A stretch of 64,000 nt of DNA from a virus, in IMG/VR virus record IMGVR_UViG_3300008262_003578. One strand, written 5' to 3'. The notes under the pieces were generated by a model. It did not search any database and was not told where the DNA came from. It saw only the letters and a list, made by a program, of their open reading frames with translations. Every line of letters starts with the position of its first letter. Positions within the stretch are counted from its first letter, which is position 1. The position numbers and the translations under genes are program-made. Positions 25,901 to 37,563 of the stretch are shown in pieces.

Positions 25901-28900
25901 ATGCCTGAAAGTCCATTATCATTCGCGTCAACATCTACGTTTAGAAATACTTTAATGGCTAAAAATTTAGCTCAATATACTGTTGTGGGGAATTACACAC
26001 CACCAACAGGTCCATTGAATTATGAAATTGTGTTGGGTGATAGTAATGTTATTGATTCACCAAACAATTTAAATCAAACATACCCTGACCAATTATATCC
26101 ACTTAATGAATATGGACCTGATGGGGGGTACAACTTAACTATTGATTTTAATGGACCACCATTACCTGTTGACTCAAATCAAGGACCGTATAATCCTAAT
26201 CCTGACCAAAGTCAGTTAATAACATTAAATGGTTTATATATAACAGGACCGTATATTATAAATGATTATTCCCCTGAAAATGGATATAACTACGTTTATG
26301 GTGTTACTGATACAATCAACCCAGGTCAGATACATTTACCATATGTAAATAGTTTTGTCGCATCAAGTTACTCACCGTATTCAATACTATCAAGTGATAA
26401 CCCAACGGGAAGTGACGGTTCATTATCTCAAGATTCGTATATTGCTCAATTAGGAGCAGCACAACTACAAAATTTATTTGAAGATAGAATCAATTTAGAA
26501 ATTTATCAAAGTACTGTAGGTGCTGTAAATTTAAATACGTTACAAGACCCTTTTGAAGCTGCATTGATAGCTACAGGTCAACAACCATTAATCTATAGAA
26601 ATTGGAGGATTACGGTACCTGAAAACTCAATTGTTGCGGCCTTAGACTTTGCAACTAGATTAACAGGGTCTTATTGGCCCGTATCATTAATACCTGGTGA
26701 CTATTACGATGAGAATACTAGCAATGGTTTACAATCAAACCAAACTTCTAATGCGTTAAGTACGGTTAATCAATTAACGGGTGGATTATTAGGTCCGATA
26801 CTGAATATCAATAGAAACCCCTCACAAATATTTTTAGCTAACACAGGTAATGGACAAAGGTCAGCATTATTCGCTAACCTACATTATAATAGATATTCAC
26901 CTAATTACAATAATGAGTTTGGAGGGGCCTTGGGTGTTATTCAGGGATTAGTGAATGTGGTAAATAATGTTGTGAATCCTAATGGGACCATAACAAGTAG
27001 TTATTACGTAGGTAGTAGTAATGCTGAACCTTCACAAATAACAAGTCCAGCTAACCAAATACCAATTAATTCATTTGGTCAACAAAATCCGTCACCTGTT
27101 TATGGTCCTTCTGAATTGGGTCAATTATATGAAGGTAATATTGATAATATTAAGTTTGGTTTAGCGGGTATATCATCTGAAAATGGTGGGGGTATTGATG
27201 GTCAATTTATATGGACTTCACCAAAATACAAAAGTAATGCTGGATTTAAAGCAACACCTGGTGGGGGTAGTGGGAGTAAAGATGATGACTTTAATCAAAT
27301 TAGTTCTCAGTATCAAAGTAATGAATCAACTAATCTTGAATATAAAAAAGGTTCAATATTAGATAATACTCAAAAATTAATTGATTCTGCGGATAATGTT
27401 ACGGGTATCTCAAGATTAAAACACGTAGGTAATGCGATGAACCAAGTTTCAAAGGTATTCCACGATGGTTACAAGGAGATGACAAAAGGTTCTCAAGTGG
27501 TTTCATATAAAGATAATACAACAGGTAACGAAGCGGGTATTGAATATTGTAGAGTTTTTACCAAAGACACACCTTATTACACTTTCGCTGACTTACAAAA
27601 AACTGATGGTATAACTACTTCAGGTAGACGTTTTAGTTATTCTATTTTAGATAATACTTACAATTTGAATATTGCTCCACTTAAAAATCCTGGGTCAACC
27701 AATATTGTAAAAAATGAGAAGGGTGATTTTTATGCCAAGAAATATATGTTCTCAATTGAGAACTTGGCTTGGAGAACATCAAGTAGACCTGGTTTTACTT
27801 ATGATGAATTACCTGTTTGTGAAAAAGGCCCTAATGGTGGTAGAGTTATGTGGTTCCCTCCTTATGAATTAAAATTTAGTGATACTAGTCAGGCCGATTG
27901 GAACCCAACAAATTTTATAGGTAGACCTGAACCAATATATACTTATAAAAATACAAGTAGGTCAGGACAGTTAAGTTGGAAAATAATTGTGGATAGCCCT
28001 TCAGTAATGAATATTATTGTTGACCAACAATTAAAAGGTGCTAGTACCGAAAGAGTAAATTCAATTTTAGAATCATTTTTTGCGGGATGTGTAAAATTTG
28101 ACATATATGAATTGGCTAAAAAATATAACACAATACCTGTATCCGAATTACAACAAATACAAGAGGCGTTAAATAATCCAAGATTAACTGCTGAAGAATT
28201 AGCGGGAATTAAAGCTTCTATACCTGCAGACAATACCGATGTTGTTGGTAACATGGCTAATAGTACTGGAGGTGGAGGTGGAGATAAGGCAAAAACTGAA
28301 GACACTTCAGTTCAGGAGTTTGAACAAAAATACTTGGATTTTGCATTTTATTTTGAAAATGATATGCCAGGTCCGCACAATTCAACTAGTAATACCACCA
28401 CTGAAAATTATCAATCACTTTATGATACATATGTAAGTCAAACGAATATTGATTCTTACCAATCAAAGGCTAATTCGGTATTTAAAACTGATAATGGTGA
28501 ATCTAAAACAACAGGATTTTTTGATACTGTTATAAAAAGTAATTTTAAAAATATTGCTGAAGGTGATTCTAATTTTATAAATGATTCTATAAAATTATTA
28601 GAAAAAGGTTATGGACCTATAAGTATTGAAATGGTTGGTTCGGCTTCTGCGGTGGCGTCTGAAAATTATAATAAGGCGTTATCTAATAGGAGGATTGATT
28701 CAATAAAGAAGTTTTTTAGTTCTAAAGGTCTTGAAAAATATATTACTGAAGGTAAGTTTAAAGTTACCTTAGAACAAGGTGCTGGTGAAAATATTGTAAT
28801 ACCTAAGACATCGGTTGAAATTGGGTCAGGTACTACTGAAGTTACCACAACTGATTCTGGTGTTGGAAATGACGTGGATTGTACTAAGTTACAATTTCCT

Positions 28901-30955
28901 GATACTTCAGTTGCACAAAATAACTCAACAAATAGAAGTATCGCTAGAATTAATTCAACAAGTGCAATGGCATGTCGTAGAGTTAAAATTAAAAACATTA
29001 AGGTTAATGGTTCAGCAACTAATGAAAAAATAGATGAACCTGTAGTTATTGATGAGAAAAAAGAAGACGATATTGTTATAACCCCAATTAAACCTACACC
29101 ACAAAAAACAATATCTACTGAACTTAAAAAAGGGTTAAGTAAAAAAATATTAAGAAGTTTACTATCTGAATGTGATTATTTTGAAATGATTAAGGAAAAC
29201 GAGCCTATGGTGTATAAATCATTCTCAGAGAAAATAAAACATTTCAATCCTGCGTTTCACTCAATGACTCCCGAAGGTTTAAACTCTCGTTTAACATTCT
29301 TAAATCAATGTGTGAGACCTGGTGAAACAATTCCTGTGATAGGCCCTGACGGTAAACCAAAATATAATGATTCAGTTAATACTGCGTTTGGGGCTCCACC
29401 TGTATTGGTATTAAGAATAGGTGATTTTTACCATACTAAAATAATTCCCGATAACGTAAGTTTTAGTTATGAACCATTAATTTATGACATGAACCCTGAA
29501 GGTATTGGGGTTCAACCAATGATGGTTAATGTATCACTAAGTTTTAAAATGATTGGTGGTATGGGGTTAAAAGAACCTGTTGACCAATTACAAAATGCGT
29601 TATCATTTAATTACTACGCAAATACTGAAATATACGATGAAAGGGCGGTATTTACCGAAGACACATCGGCATTAGATAAAGAAGTGTTTGACGCCATTTT
29701 AGCAGCACAACCAAATGGTAAAGCAAATAATAATGTGTCAAATCAATCAAATGGTGGTGAAACAATAGGTCAGATAAAGAAAACAGTACCAGTTACTACA
29801 CCACAATTTACTGGTGAAACGGGTGAAATATTTTACCAAAAAGTGATGGATAATTTATATGATACCAATAAGTCATATTTTGAAAACATAACGAATCAAT
29901 TAGAAAAAATATTATTACAATATAATAATGGTGTTTTACAAATGGTTAACTCAAAAAGACAATATACTAAAGGTAATGTTAAAAATGAATCAGGAAATGC
30001 GGAGTGTGAAATATATGGAAAACCTGATTTAACCAATTCAAATGAGTTATTTGATTTAGTTAGGTTAGGTATTAATAATAATAGTAATCCGATTATACAA
30101 GAACTTTTTTTACAGGGATTTTCACCTAGTGTTGCTGAGTTTGTGATACTTAAACAAAATATGATTCAGTACATTGATACTTTGCAAGGTGATTTTGATA
30201 GTGGTTTAGCTACTATTAATCAAGATATTGTTGGACAAGAAAATAATTTAATAAGTTTAATTGCGCAATTAAATAGTGTTGCGGATAAGACTGATGGTAA
30301 AATAGTTGGGAATAAAGTCTTTATATACAACATTAGTGGGTCAACGGCTCAAGGGGCGGTTAGCTCAACTAGTGTAGGGGTTAGTAATACATATGATGAG
30401 TTTATAAAAGATTATAAAACTTTACCTACTTCACTTAATTCTTATATTAAATTATTGACCGATAATAAAGTGTTAACTAAAGACTATACTTCGGTTGGAG
30501 TTTTTAAACCTGCAACAGATAAGATTGGTGAAACATCAATACCCTTAAGTTTCTTTATGGTAATGGCTAGAGTGTTTACTGATAAAAATAAATTACAAGA
30601 TTTTAAAAATTTTGTAATTAGCGGTCCTTTAGTTAATTATAAAACACCTAAAGATTTAAGAAAATCATTTGATAAAGCTTGTGATGAATTGGCTAAAAAT
30701 TATGAAAAAGAACTAAAAGCTGAAGAAAAGAATTTTGAGAAGTTTAAAAAGAGTGACGGTTATAAACCATATTTAACAGGTATTGATAAATTAATGTACC
30801 CTAAAGGTAAAACCAGAAAGTTTAATTTTACAACACAGAAAGATGAAGTTAAATTCCCTCAACAAGAAAAATATATAAAAGATATTTATGGGACAGTTCC
30901 TTATGGTGATAAGGCCAATGATAAAAATACGTTTGATGGTAAAATAAATTTATAA
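25901..30955 (+). CDS. Large baseplate/tube-initiator-like structural protein with an internal OmpA-like domain
   Basis: 1684 aa; MWFPPYELKFSD...W...FIGRPEPIYTY and FGAPPVLVLRIGDFYHTKII resemble tube-fold domains; FYFEND...GSASA...YNKALSNRRIDS...GE...RRVKI is OmpA_C-like. Confidence 0.55.
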   Translation: MPESPLSFASTSTFRNTLMAKNLAQYTVVGNYTPPTGPLNYEIVLGDSNVIDSPNNLNQTYPDQLYPLNEYGPDGGYNLTIDFNGPPLPVDSNQGPYNPNPDQSQLITLNGLYITGPYIINDYSPENGYNYVYGVTDTINPGQIHLPYVNSFVASSYSPYSILSSDNPTGSDGSLSQDSYIAQLGAAQLQNLFEDRINLEIYQSTVGAVNLNTLQDPFEAALIATGQQPLIYRNWRITVPENSIVAALDFATRLTGSYWPVSLIPGDYYDENTSNGLQSNQTSNALSTVNQLTGGLLGPILNINRNPSQIFLANTGNGQRSALFANLHYNRYSPNYNNEFGGALGVIQGLVNVVNNVVNPNGTITSSYYVGSSNAEPSQITSPANQIPINSFGQQNPSPVYGPSELGQLYEGNIDNIKFGLAGISSENGGGIDGQFIWTSPKYKSNAGFKATPGGGSGSKDDDFNQISSQYQSNESTNLEYKKGSILDNTQKLIDSADNVTGISRLKHVGNAMNQVSKVFHDGYKEMTKGSQVVSYKDNTTGNEAGIEYCRVFTKDTPYYTFADLQKTDGITTSGRRFSYSILDNTYNLNIAPLKNPGSTNIVKNEKGDFYAKKYMFSIENLAWRTSSRPGFTYDELPVCEKGPNGGRVMWFPPYELKFSDTSQADWNPTNFIGRPEPIYTYKNTSRSGQLSWKIIVDSPSVMNIIVDQQLKGASTERVNSILESFFAGCVKFDIYELAKKYNTIPVSELQQIQEALNNPRLTAEELAGIKASIPADNTDVVGNMANSTGGGGGDKAKTEDTSVQEFEQKYLDFAFYFENDMPGPHNSTSNTTTENYQSLYDTYVSQTNIDSYQSKANSVFKTDNGESKTTGFFDTVIKSNFKNIAEGDSNFINDSIKLLEKGYGPISIEMVGSASAVASENYNKALSNRRIDSIKKFFSSKGLEKYITEGKFKVTLEQGAGENIVIPKTSVEIGSGTTEVTTTDSGVGNDVDCTKLQFPDTSVAQNNSTNRSIARINSTSAMACRRVKIKNIKVNGSATNEKIDEPVVIDEKKEDDIVITPIKPTPQKTISTELKKGLSKKILRSLLSECDYFEMIKENEPMVYKSFSEKIKHFNPAFHSMTPEGLNSRLTFLNQCVRPGETIPVIGPDGKPKYNDSVNTAFGAPPVLVLRIGDFYHTKIIPDNVSFSYEPLIYDMNPEGIGVQPMMVNVSLSFKMIGGMGLKEPVDQLQNALSFNYYANTEIYDERAVFTEDTSALDKEVFDAILAAQPNGKANNNVSNQSNGGETIGQIKKTVPVTTPQFTGETGEIFYQKVMDNLYDTNKSYFENITNQLEKILLQYNNGVLQMVNSKRQYTKGNVKNESGNAECEIYGKPDLTNSNELFDLVRLGINNNSNPIIQELFLQGFSPSVAEFVILKQNMIQYIDTLQGDFDSGLATINQDIVGQENNLISLIAQLNSVADKTDGKIVGNKVFIYNISGSTAQGAVSSTSVGVSNTYDEFIKDYKTLPTSLNSYIKLLTDNKVLTKDYTSVGVFKPATDKIGETSIPLSFFMVMARVFTDKNKLQDFKNFVISGPLVNYKTPKDLRKSFDKACDELAKNYEKELKAEEKNFEKFKKSDGYKPYLTGIDKLMYPKGKTRKFNFTTQKDEVKFPQQEKYIKDIYGTVPYGDKANDKNTFDGKINL

Positions 30956-31278
30956 TGGGTAGACAATATTATAATAGATATAATAATTTTATTTTAAATG
31001 GGGAACAAACTGTTGTTCCTTATATCACTCTACCGAGTAAGAGTACTGATAAAAGATATGTATATAAAGTTGCTCAAACAAGATTAGATAAATTATCTCA
31101 GCAATATTACGGAGCACCTTATTTTGGTTGGTTAATTTTAGTGGCAAATCCATTGTATGGAGGACAAGAATGGAGTATTCCTGATGGTTCTATATTGACA
31201 ATTCCATTTCCTTTAGTAGCTTCATTACAAGATTATAAAAATACATTAGACAACCACTTCTTCTATTATGGTAGATAA
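30955..31278 (+). CDS. LysM-like baseplate wedge protein (gp53/gpX-like)
   Basis: TRLDKLSQQYYGAPYFGWLILVANP...IPDGSILTIP; TAATG coupling to the upstream gene. Confidence 0.75.
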   Translation: MGRQYYNRYNNFILNGEQTVVPYITLPSKSTDKRYVYKVAQTRLDKLSQQYYGAPYFGWLILVANPLYGGQEWSIPDGSILTIPFPLVASLQDYKNTLDNHFFYYGR

Positions 31279-34200
31279 AATAGAAAACATTTTAGTTGAA
31301 TTTGATTACAACAACATTATTGTCGTTGACCCTAATAAAGTGGTTGACTTAGATGGTAATGTCAAAGAAAGATTTGTAAAACAGGAAGATTTAGTGATGT
31401 ACGCTAATTTAGAGTGTAAAGTATTACCAAGAACTAAGTTAGCGGTAGGTTCAGCAACTGATGATGCTATACAAACTGTATCAATCGCATCAATCAATTT
31501 TTTGAATCCTGGTAATAAAACATTTATGGATAACGCCTATACCGATGAGATAACAGGTAAAGATACTATTCAAGGTAAAGGTGTTAATCAGGTTACTCAA
31601 AAACAAATACAAAATCCTAAAAAAAGTGATGATTGGTATCTTAGACAAACATTATCTTCAGGGGGTAAAGACGGTGCAACTGACAATGGATTATTAGGGA
31701 TAACTAATATTTCAATCAATCAAAACCTATCTTTTATGCCAACCATTGACATCCAACTTGAGGACGTTAAAGGAAGAGCATTATTTGAAGGTGGTGATAA
31801 TTCTCCATACGCAGCATTTTTTAATTTACCATACCCTTTATTTAATTTAACTATTAAAGGTTTTTATGGGAAGGCGATAAAGTTGGCGTTAATGTTACAA
31901 ACATTCACCACTAGATACGATTCAAATGACGGTAATTTTAAAGTAAGTTTAAAATTTTATACTTACAAATATACTATTTTAAGTGAGATTACTATGGGTC
32001 ACCTTATTGCAACACCCCATATGTACAAATCAAGGTTAAAAGTTCAAACACAACAAGGAGGACCATCACAATTTTCTAAAATTGATAATCAAATAGTTGA
32101 AAAAGGTTATCAAAAAATTAAAGAAATGTATAATGAATATAAATCAAAAGGTTTAATACCTAATGATTTTCCTGAATTAACCATAGTTCAATTAAGAAAT
32201 AATATTGAAAACTTTGTTAAAAATATTTTAGACTCGTTTACAAAACAAAATTTAGACCCAATTACTAATATTGATGATTATCAGGGAAAATTAAATGATT
32301 TTGAAAAAAAGGTTTTTCTATTTGTATCTGAAGGTAAGGGTTCTTGGTTTGACCAAAATATGGATAAAGTTAATTTCCTTGTCCTAAACAACGGTGATAA
32401 AATATATACGTTCAAAAAAGAGTTAGATAATAATAATGGTCAAGGTAAAATTAATGCTAAATCTGACCTTGATAAATTAATTACTGAATATAAAACAAAA
32501 CTTTTAGAAAATAAGACCGTTGGTAAAGATGGTTCTTATACGATTAATGGTAAAACTAAAAAAATATCTATTCCTTTTAATATTAATAAAGAAACGTTTG
32601 GAGTTACTGTAACACCTAACGATATTAAATGGACCGAAACTTATAGACAAGTAAAAAAAGTTAAAACAGAACCTACCGACGATGAATTAACTAAATTTAA
32701 AGACAGTTATAAATTTATAACTACTGAATGGTATAGATTTGAAGGTGTTAGTTCTTTTATGGACTTGACTGGTGTTATGGGTAAACAATTAAAAGTTTTT
32801 AGAGAGGAAATTGAAACTGAATTAACAATTGCGTTATCCGATTTATTACAAAGTAAAGATAATGGAATAGGGTTTGTACCTAATATTAGAAATGTTTTAG
32901 CGGTTATATTTGCCAATGGTGAGGCTTTTTTACGTTTAATGGATGAAGTTCACTATAAGGCTTGGCAAGTAAGAGAGGATAAATACAGAAAAGAAGCAAT
33001 ATTTGATAAAGAAGTGTCAAGTGCTAGTCCTGATAATTTGGATTCGGGAACTGACGAAACTATTCCGATATATCCTTGGCCTCAATATATTGTATCAACT
33101 CCAGGTGAGAATGGTCAAGAAAAATTTGAAATACAATATCCTGGTGATTCTAAATTTGTTAGTAAAACAAAAGGGTATCTTTATGATGTTTGGCCTGAAG
33201 TAGAATTTGTTGAAGAATTTATTAGAGGTTATGTGGAAAGAACCACACCTCCTGCGGACCCAACCGCTGGTAATGATGAGACAACCGAAACTCAAAGAGT
33301 TTCATTTAATGCAATTGAATTCCCAACAACCGATGAAATCTTTTCAAATAAGGAGGAGGTTAAATTTATTTATGAAATATATGAAAGATTATTGGTGTAT
33401 GATTACTATACTAGATTAAGTCGTGTATATAATACCAATGAAGTTGATTCTATGGTCCAAAGCATTGCGGAAGCTGAGAGTGAAAACATACTTAAAAGTT
33501 TATCTAATACAAATACGTTCTTAATTAAAACTCTAAAGGATTATAGTATTAACTCCGCTAATTTTTTATTAATATTAAGACATATCTCAAATGGAGGTAC
33601 AGGACTTAATTGGCAAAATTTTATTAGAGGTATTTTTAATACGGTGTATATTAAGAATTTTGTAGATAATAATAGTTTTGATATACTTAATATTCAAGAT
33701 TTTATTTCATCACCAATACCACTAACATCATTAAATAGTGAAAATAATTTAATTAAATATTTAACGGGGTCAACAACCTCAAATAAAGTTGATTTTACTG
33801 ACTTATACCCTTTTAGTAATTACAATTGGATTTTTAATAACTTGGCTAATGGAACCACCATATCAAGTATTGAATCCGCATTTAATACAACAAAAATATT
33901 AAATTATGATGTTAGTAATAAAATCATTTCAAATTTTACACAAACTGATACTAAAGACCAAAAAAGACCAATTACTAATTTTGTGTGGAAAGAGAATGTT
34001 TTACCATATAATCCTGATATAAATCTAACATTAAAATCTTTTTATCAATCAAGAACGTATAAAAAACAGTTTTTAACTGAAGGTAATTTAAATTATTTAA
34101 ATTATAGTGGTAATGTAACACCTAACCAAAGTGTTTCAATATTGAATACACCTTATTTTGTGAATGCCGTCCAAGAAGGGGTTGATAAATTTAGAAATTT

Positions 34201-37200
34201 TGATGAATATCCATACAAGGTTCCTGCATACTTATTTTTAAATAGTTTACCTTTAGGTACGTTAAGAGAAAAATATAAAACTTACGAATCTAATTCACAA
34301 ACTGATTTAGACTATATTTTTGCCACATTAAAAAAATTCGGTGCTATACATCGTTTACCATACGCTTGGATTCTAAAGTTAGGTTCGGTATGGCATAGAT
34401 ATAAAACTTATGTTGAAACTAATGTTGATATATTAACACCTTCTTGGTCAGGATTTAATTATGTTAATAATTTTGACCCTGTAACTAATAACCCGACTAA
34501 AGATTATGCTCTAACAATCAATGGTGGTAATTTTGATATTATATTAGAAAAAAATACAACAATTGGGGTTGATACCTCATCATTAATAAACGTTGGGTTT
34601 TATCCAAAAATGGTAAACGACTTTAACGTTTTTTATCAGGGATTTGAATTACTTTCGGGGTACACATCTGTTGATGTGCAAAATGCAATAACTTCAGGTT
34701 TAACATTAACATATGTATCTGAAGCGTTAATCGCTAAGTCACAAAATACTATAGGTAGTACCACGGCATCAACAAGGGATATAACTATAATACCTTGGAG
34801 TGTTTATGTAAAAACATTTGATAATAATAGTTTTTATTTAATGCCTTCAGAAGGTTCATTAATTAACCAAACTATTGAAGAATGTTTTACATCTGAATCA
34901 CAAAAAATTGAAGTCACTGGTAATACCTCAATTTATAATGGTTCAGTTAGGTCTTTTTGGGCAGCACCTAACTATGGATATTTTGATGTTAATAAAATAG
35001 TAAAACCAACACCATTACAATATCTTAAACAAGTATTTTCAGGACAATCCGACCAAGAAAATTTCTCACTAAATTCTAGCTCAACAGGGTATACTGATAT
35101 AAGTGAGATGTTTACAGTATTTGAAAAAAATATTTTGGATAAGTTTGAACAAGAGTTTTTAAATTATTCTAAATCAGTATATGACACATTAAATGGTGAT
35201 TATTTAAATAATTTCCAGTCAATGATGAGAGAAATTGCTAAAGTACCAACACAAACAGGTAGTACTAATTACGATTTAGTTTTAAATATACAGGAAAAAC
35301 AAAAAACCAATATTAATAGTTTAATCAAAAACTTTTTAGAATTTGATAAATATATTAAATACGGTAATCCAAGTGGGTATGATAAAAAACTATTTTACAC
35401 ATTTTCTCAATTAGATGTTGTTGACCCATATGGTTGGTCTAATTACACAACACTAACACCAAATGCGTTACCTTATAATGGTGGGGGTATTACATTATCA
35501 CAATCTAAAACAAATAATCCTGATGCTTGGAAAGCTTTAGAAACATACATAGGGTTCTCAACACTAAATAAATTAACGTATAGTAGTAATGGGTCTTATA
35601 TTACAGATTTCTTTATTGATTGTAATGTAGCATTTACTGAAGATAATGTGGTTACTTTTGCACCAATAATTAAACTCTATGCCGCTCAAAAATCTAAAGA
35701 TAATACATTAACATATGGTAAATTTATTACAGATATGACATTGTATTTAAATAATATTGATAGTTTCCAAGATAAAGTGATTAATAATTTAATGACAATC
35801 TTAAATAAACAATTACCTAATGTTAATAATAGTCCTGAGGCATTAGTCTCTTCTGACTTACAAGGACCTCAAAGTAAAGTTGAGTTATGGGAATCATTTA
35901 AAGCTATAAATGATAAATGGATTTCGGGTAACGACTTTAAAGTTAAAACGTTATTTGAGGATATATTATTACTTGATAGGGCTAGTAGAAATATTGGTGA
36001 TAAAATATTAGTTGATGTTTATAAATTAAAAAATAGATTACAAAATATAATGGATTCACCTAAAGTGAGTATGTTAGTTTTTGTACAAACCATATTACAA
36101 GAGAATAATTTTGTTGTTCATAATTTACCATCATATGTGAATTTTTATAATGTTCAAGATGTTAGTAAAAATCCTAAACCAAAACCTGAAGGAACATTAG
36201 AGTTTGCTAATACTTTATTTGGGACATTTTTAAATGTTGATTATAGAAATTCGGGGCCTAAAATGGTTTGTTATTATGCAGGTAAACCTAGTGAACAGTT
36301 AGATTTAAAAAATAATGTTGATTACCGATATAGAAACGACGCCTTTGATTTAAGAAGGTCAAGTGATAACCCATTAAATGAAAATTTAGTTGGTAAAAAT
36401 GACTGGGATAAATCAAACAAAGTTGTTGGATTTAATGTTGACATTGGTCCCCAAAATCAATCCATATTTTATGGGTTTATGGTTGACCAACAAAATTCTC
36501 AGTCTACCGCTGAAGCCTTAGAAGTTATTAATCAAATGGCTAATCAAGCGGGAAATAGAGGAGGAAGTACACAGAGTGTGTCCCTATATAATTTGTATAA
36601 AAATAGAAGTTATACTTGTACTATTAGTATGATGGGTAATGCTCTGATACAGCCAACAATGTATTTCAACTTAAGACACGTACCAATGTTTAGTGGGCCC
36701 TATATGATTCAAACTGTTGGTCATACAATTTCGCCAGGGTCGTTTGAAACTATTATCACAGGTATCAGACAACCAACGGCTTCTTTACCTAAGATTGAAA
36801 ATTATATCCAAACTTTAAAAAATAATTTATTACAAAATATTATTGAAAATAATAAAAAAGATAAAGAGGCTAAAGATAAACAAAATAAAGACGCAAGTGG
36901 TACCACGCAATCACAACAGGCTAAAATACAAGCAATTACTGGTGGCGACAAATCATTAACTCAACCACAAACTTGTACTCCGTCATCACCTTATAACACT
37001 TATTATAATATAACACCAACTGTTTATGATGAAACATTTAGTTCTGTTAAAAGTGAGTTATCTAATGTGATTGTGGTAAGTAATGTTGATGGGTCTAAAT
37101 TAAAATACGTAATATTTGCGGCGTTATATGTTGAATCAGCTAACGGTAATCTCAAGTTTACTGCGTATGAAAATAATTTTGCGGGAGTAACGTTAACGTC

Positions 37201-37531
37201 AAAATGGGGTAGTGTTGAAACATATTTTAATAATAATAAACAATTTTTTTGTCAGACATCAGAAGGAGATAAAACAACTTTACCTTATGCTGTCTTTGAT
37301 GATTTGTTTAATCATTTAAAGTTTTTAGTGGGTAGATGGAAAGATAGGATGACCTCTGATGTTGAAGTTAGTGCCCAATCAATTGCAAAATTTTTAATAC
37401 TAAATAATGTTACAATAAATGGTCCTAACACTAAAGATATAAGTGTCTATAATTCATACGATAGTACTAGATTAAAAAATCTTGAAACCAAAGTTCAAAA
37501 AGCTATTGATATTTATAACGCAACAAATTAA
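31268..37531 (+). CDS. Giant baseplate hub protein (gp27/VgrG-like) with a possible C-terminal peptidoglycan hydrolase domain
   Basis: 2087 aa; SYTCTISMMGNALIQPTMYFNL...FSGPYMIQTVGHTISPGSFETIITGIR is a typical hub/gpD C-terminal signature; the tail YVES...ENNFAG...YAVF is glucosaminidase/lysozyme-like. Confidence 0.6.
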   Translation: MVDKIENILVEFDYNNIIVVDPNKVVDLDGNVKERFVKQEDLVMYANLECKVLPRTKLAVGSATDDAIQTVSIASINFLNPGNKTFMDNAYTDEITGKDTIQGKGVNQVTQKQIQNPKKSDDWYLRQTLSSGGKDGATDNGLLGITNISINQNLSFMPTIDIQLEDVKGRALFEGGDNSPYAAFFNLPYPLFNLTIKGFYGKAIKLALMLQTFTTRYDSNDGNFKVSLKFYTYKYTILSEITMGHLIATPHMYKSRLKVQTQQGGPSQFSKIDNQIVEKGYQKIKEMYNEYKSKGLIPNDFPELTIVQLRNNIENFVKNILDSFTKQNLDPITNIDDYQGKLNDFEKKVFLFVSEGKGSWFDQNMDKVNFLVLNNGDKIYTFKKELDNNNGQGKINAKSDLDKLITEYKTKLLENKTVGKDGSYTINGKTKKISIPFNINKETFGVTVTPNDIKWTETYRQVKKVKTEPTDDELTKFKDSYKFITTEWYRFEGVSSFMDLTGVMGKQLKVFREEIETELTIALSDLLQSKDNGIGFVPNIRNVLAVIFANGEAFLRLMDEVHYKAWQVREDKYRKEAIFDKEVSSASPDNLDSGTDETIPIYPWPQYIVSTPGENGQEKFEIQYPGDSKFVSKTKGYLYDVWPEVEFVEEFIRGYVERTTPPADPTAGNDETTETQRVSFNAIEFPTTDEIFSNKEEVKFIYEIYERLLVYDYYTRLSRVYNTNEVDSMVQSIAEAESENILKSLSNTNTFLIKTLKDYSINSANFLLILRHISNGGTGLNWQNFIRGIFNTVYIKNFVDNNSFDILNIQDFISSPIPLTSLNSENNLIKYLTGSTTSNKVDFTDLYPFSNYNWIFNNLANGTTISSIESAFNTTKILNYDVSNKIISNFTQTDTKDQKRPITNFVWKENVLPYNPDINLTLKSFYQSRTYKKQFLTEGNLNYLNYSGNVTPNQSVSILNTPYFVNAVQEGVDKFRNFDEYPYKVPAYLFLNSLPLGTLREKYKTYESNSQTDLDYIFATLKKFGAIHRLPYAWILKLGSVWHRYKTYVETNVDILTPSWSGFNYVNNFDPVTNNPTKDYALTINGGNFDIILEKNTTIGVDTSSLINVGFYPKMVNDFNVFYQGFELLSGYTSVDVQNAITSGLTLTYVSEALIAKSQNTIGSTTASTRDITIIPWSVYVKTFDNNSFYLMPSEGSLINQTIEECFTSESQKIEVTGNTSIYNGSVRSFWAAPNYGYFDVNKIVKPTPLQYLKQVFSGQSDQENFSLNSSSTGYTDISEMFTVFEKNILDKFEQEFLNYSKSVYDTLNGDYLNNFQSMMREIAKVPTQTGSTNYDLVLNIQEKQKTNINSLIKNFLEFDKYIKYGNPSGYDKKLFYTFSQLDVVDPYGWSNYTTLTPNALPYNGGGITLSQSKTNNPDAWKALETYIGFSTLNKLTYSSNGSYITDFFIDCNVAFTEDNVVTFAPIIKLYAAQKSKDNTLTYGKFITDMTLYLNNIDSFQDKVINNLMTILNKQLPNVNNSPEALVSSDLQGPQSKVELWESFKAINDKWISGNDFKVKTLFEDILLLDRASRNIGDKILVDVYKLKNRLQNIMDSPKVSMLVFVQTILQENNFVVHNLPSYVNFYNVQDVSKNPKPKPEGTLEFANTLFGTFLNVDYRNSGPKMVCYYAGKPSEQLDLKNNVDYRYRNDAFDLRRSSDNPLNENLVGKNDWDKSNKVVGFNVDIGPQNQSIFYGFMVDQQNSQSTAEALEVINQMANQAGNRGGSTQSVSLYNLYKNRSYTCTISMMGNALIQPTMYFNLRHVPMFSGPYMIQTVGHTISPGSFETIITGIRQPTASLPKIENYIQTLKNNLLQNIIENNKKDKEAKDKQNKDASGTTQSQQAKIQAITGGDKSLTQPQTCTPSSPYNTYYNITPTVYDETFSSVKSELSNVIVVSNVDGSKLKYVIFAALYVESANGNLKFTAYENNFAGVTLTSKWGSVETYFNNNKQFFCQTSEGDKTTLPYAVFDDLFNHLKFLVGRWKDRMTSDVEVSAQSIAKFLILNNVTINGPNTKDISVYNSYDSTRLKNLETKVQKAIDIYNATN

Positions 37532-37563
37532 AAAATGGTGATATTTATATAAAAACGTATATT

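Noticed and set aside
16367-37531. Bacterial eCIS/T6SS or tailocin locus
   Set aside because: Neck/head-joining genes and a full phage replication set are interleaved, which is not the case for tailocins.
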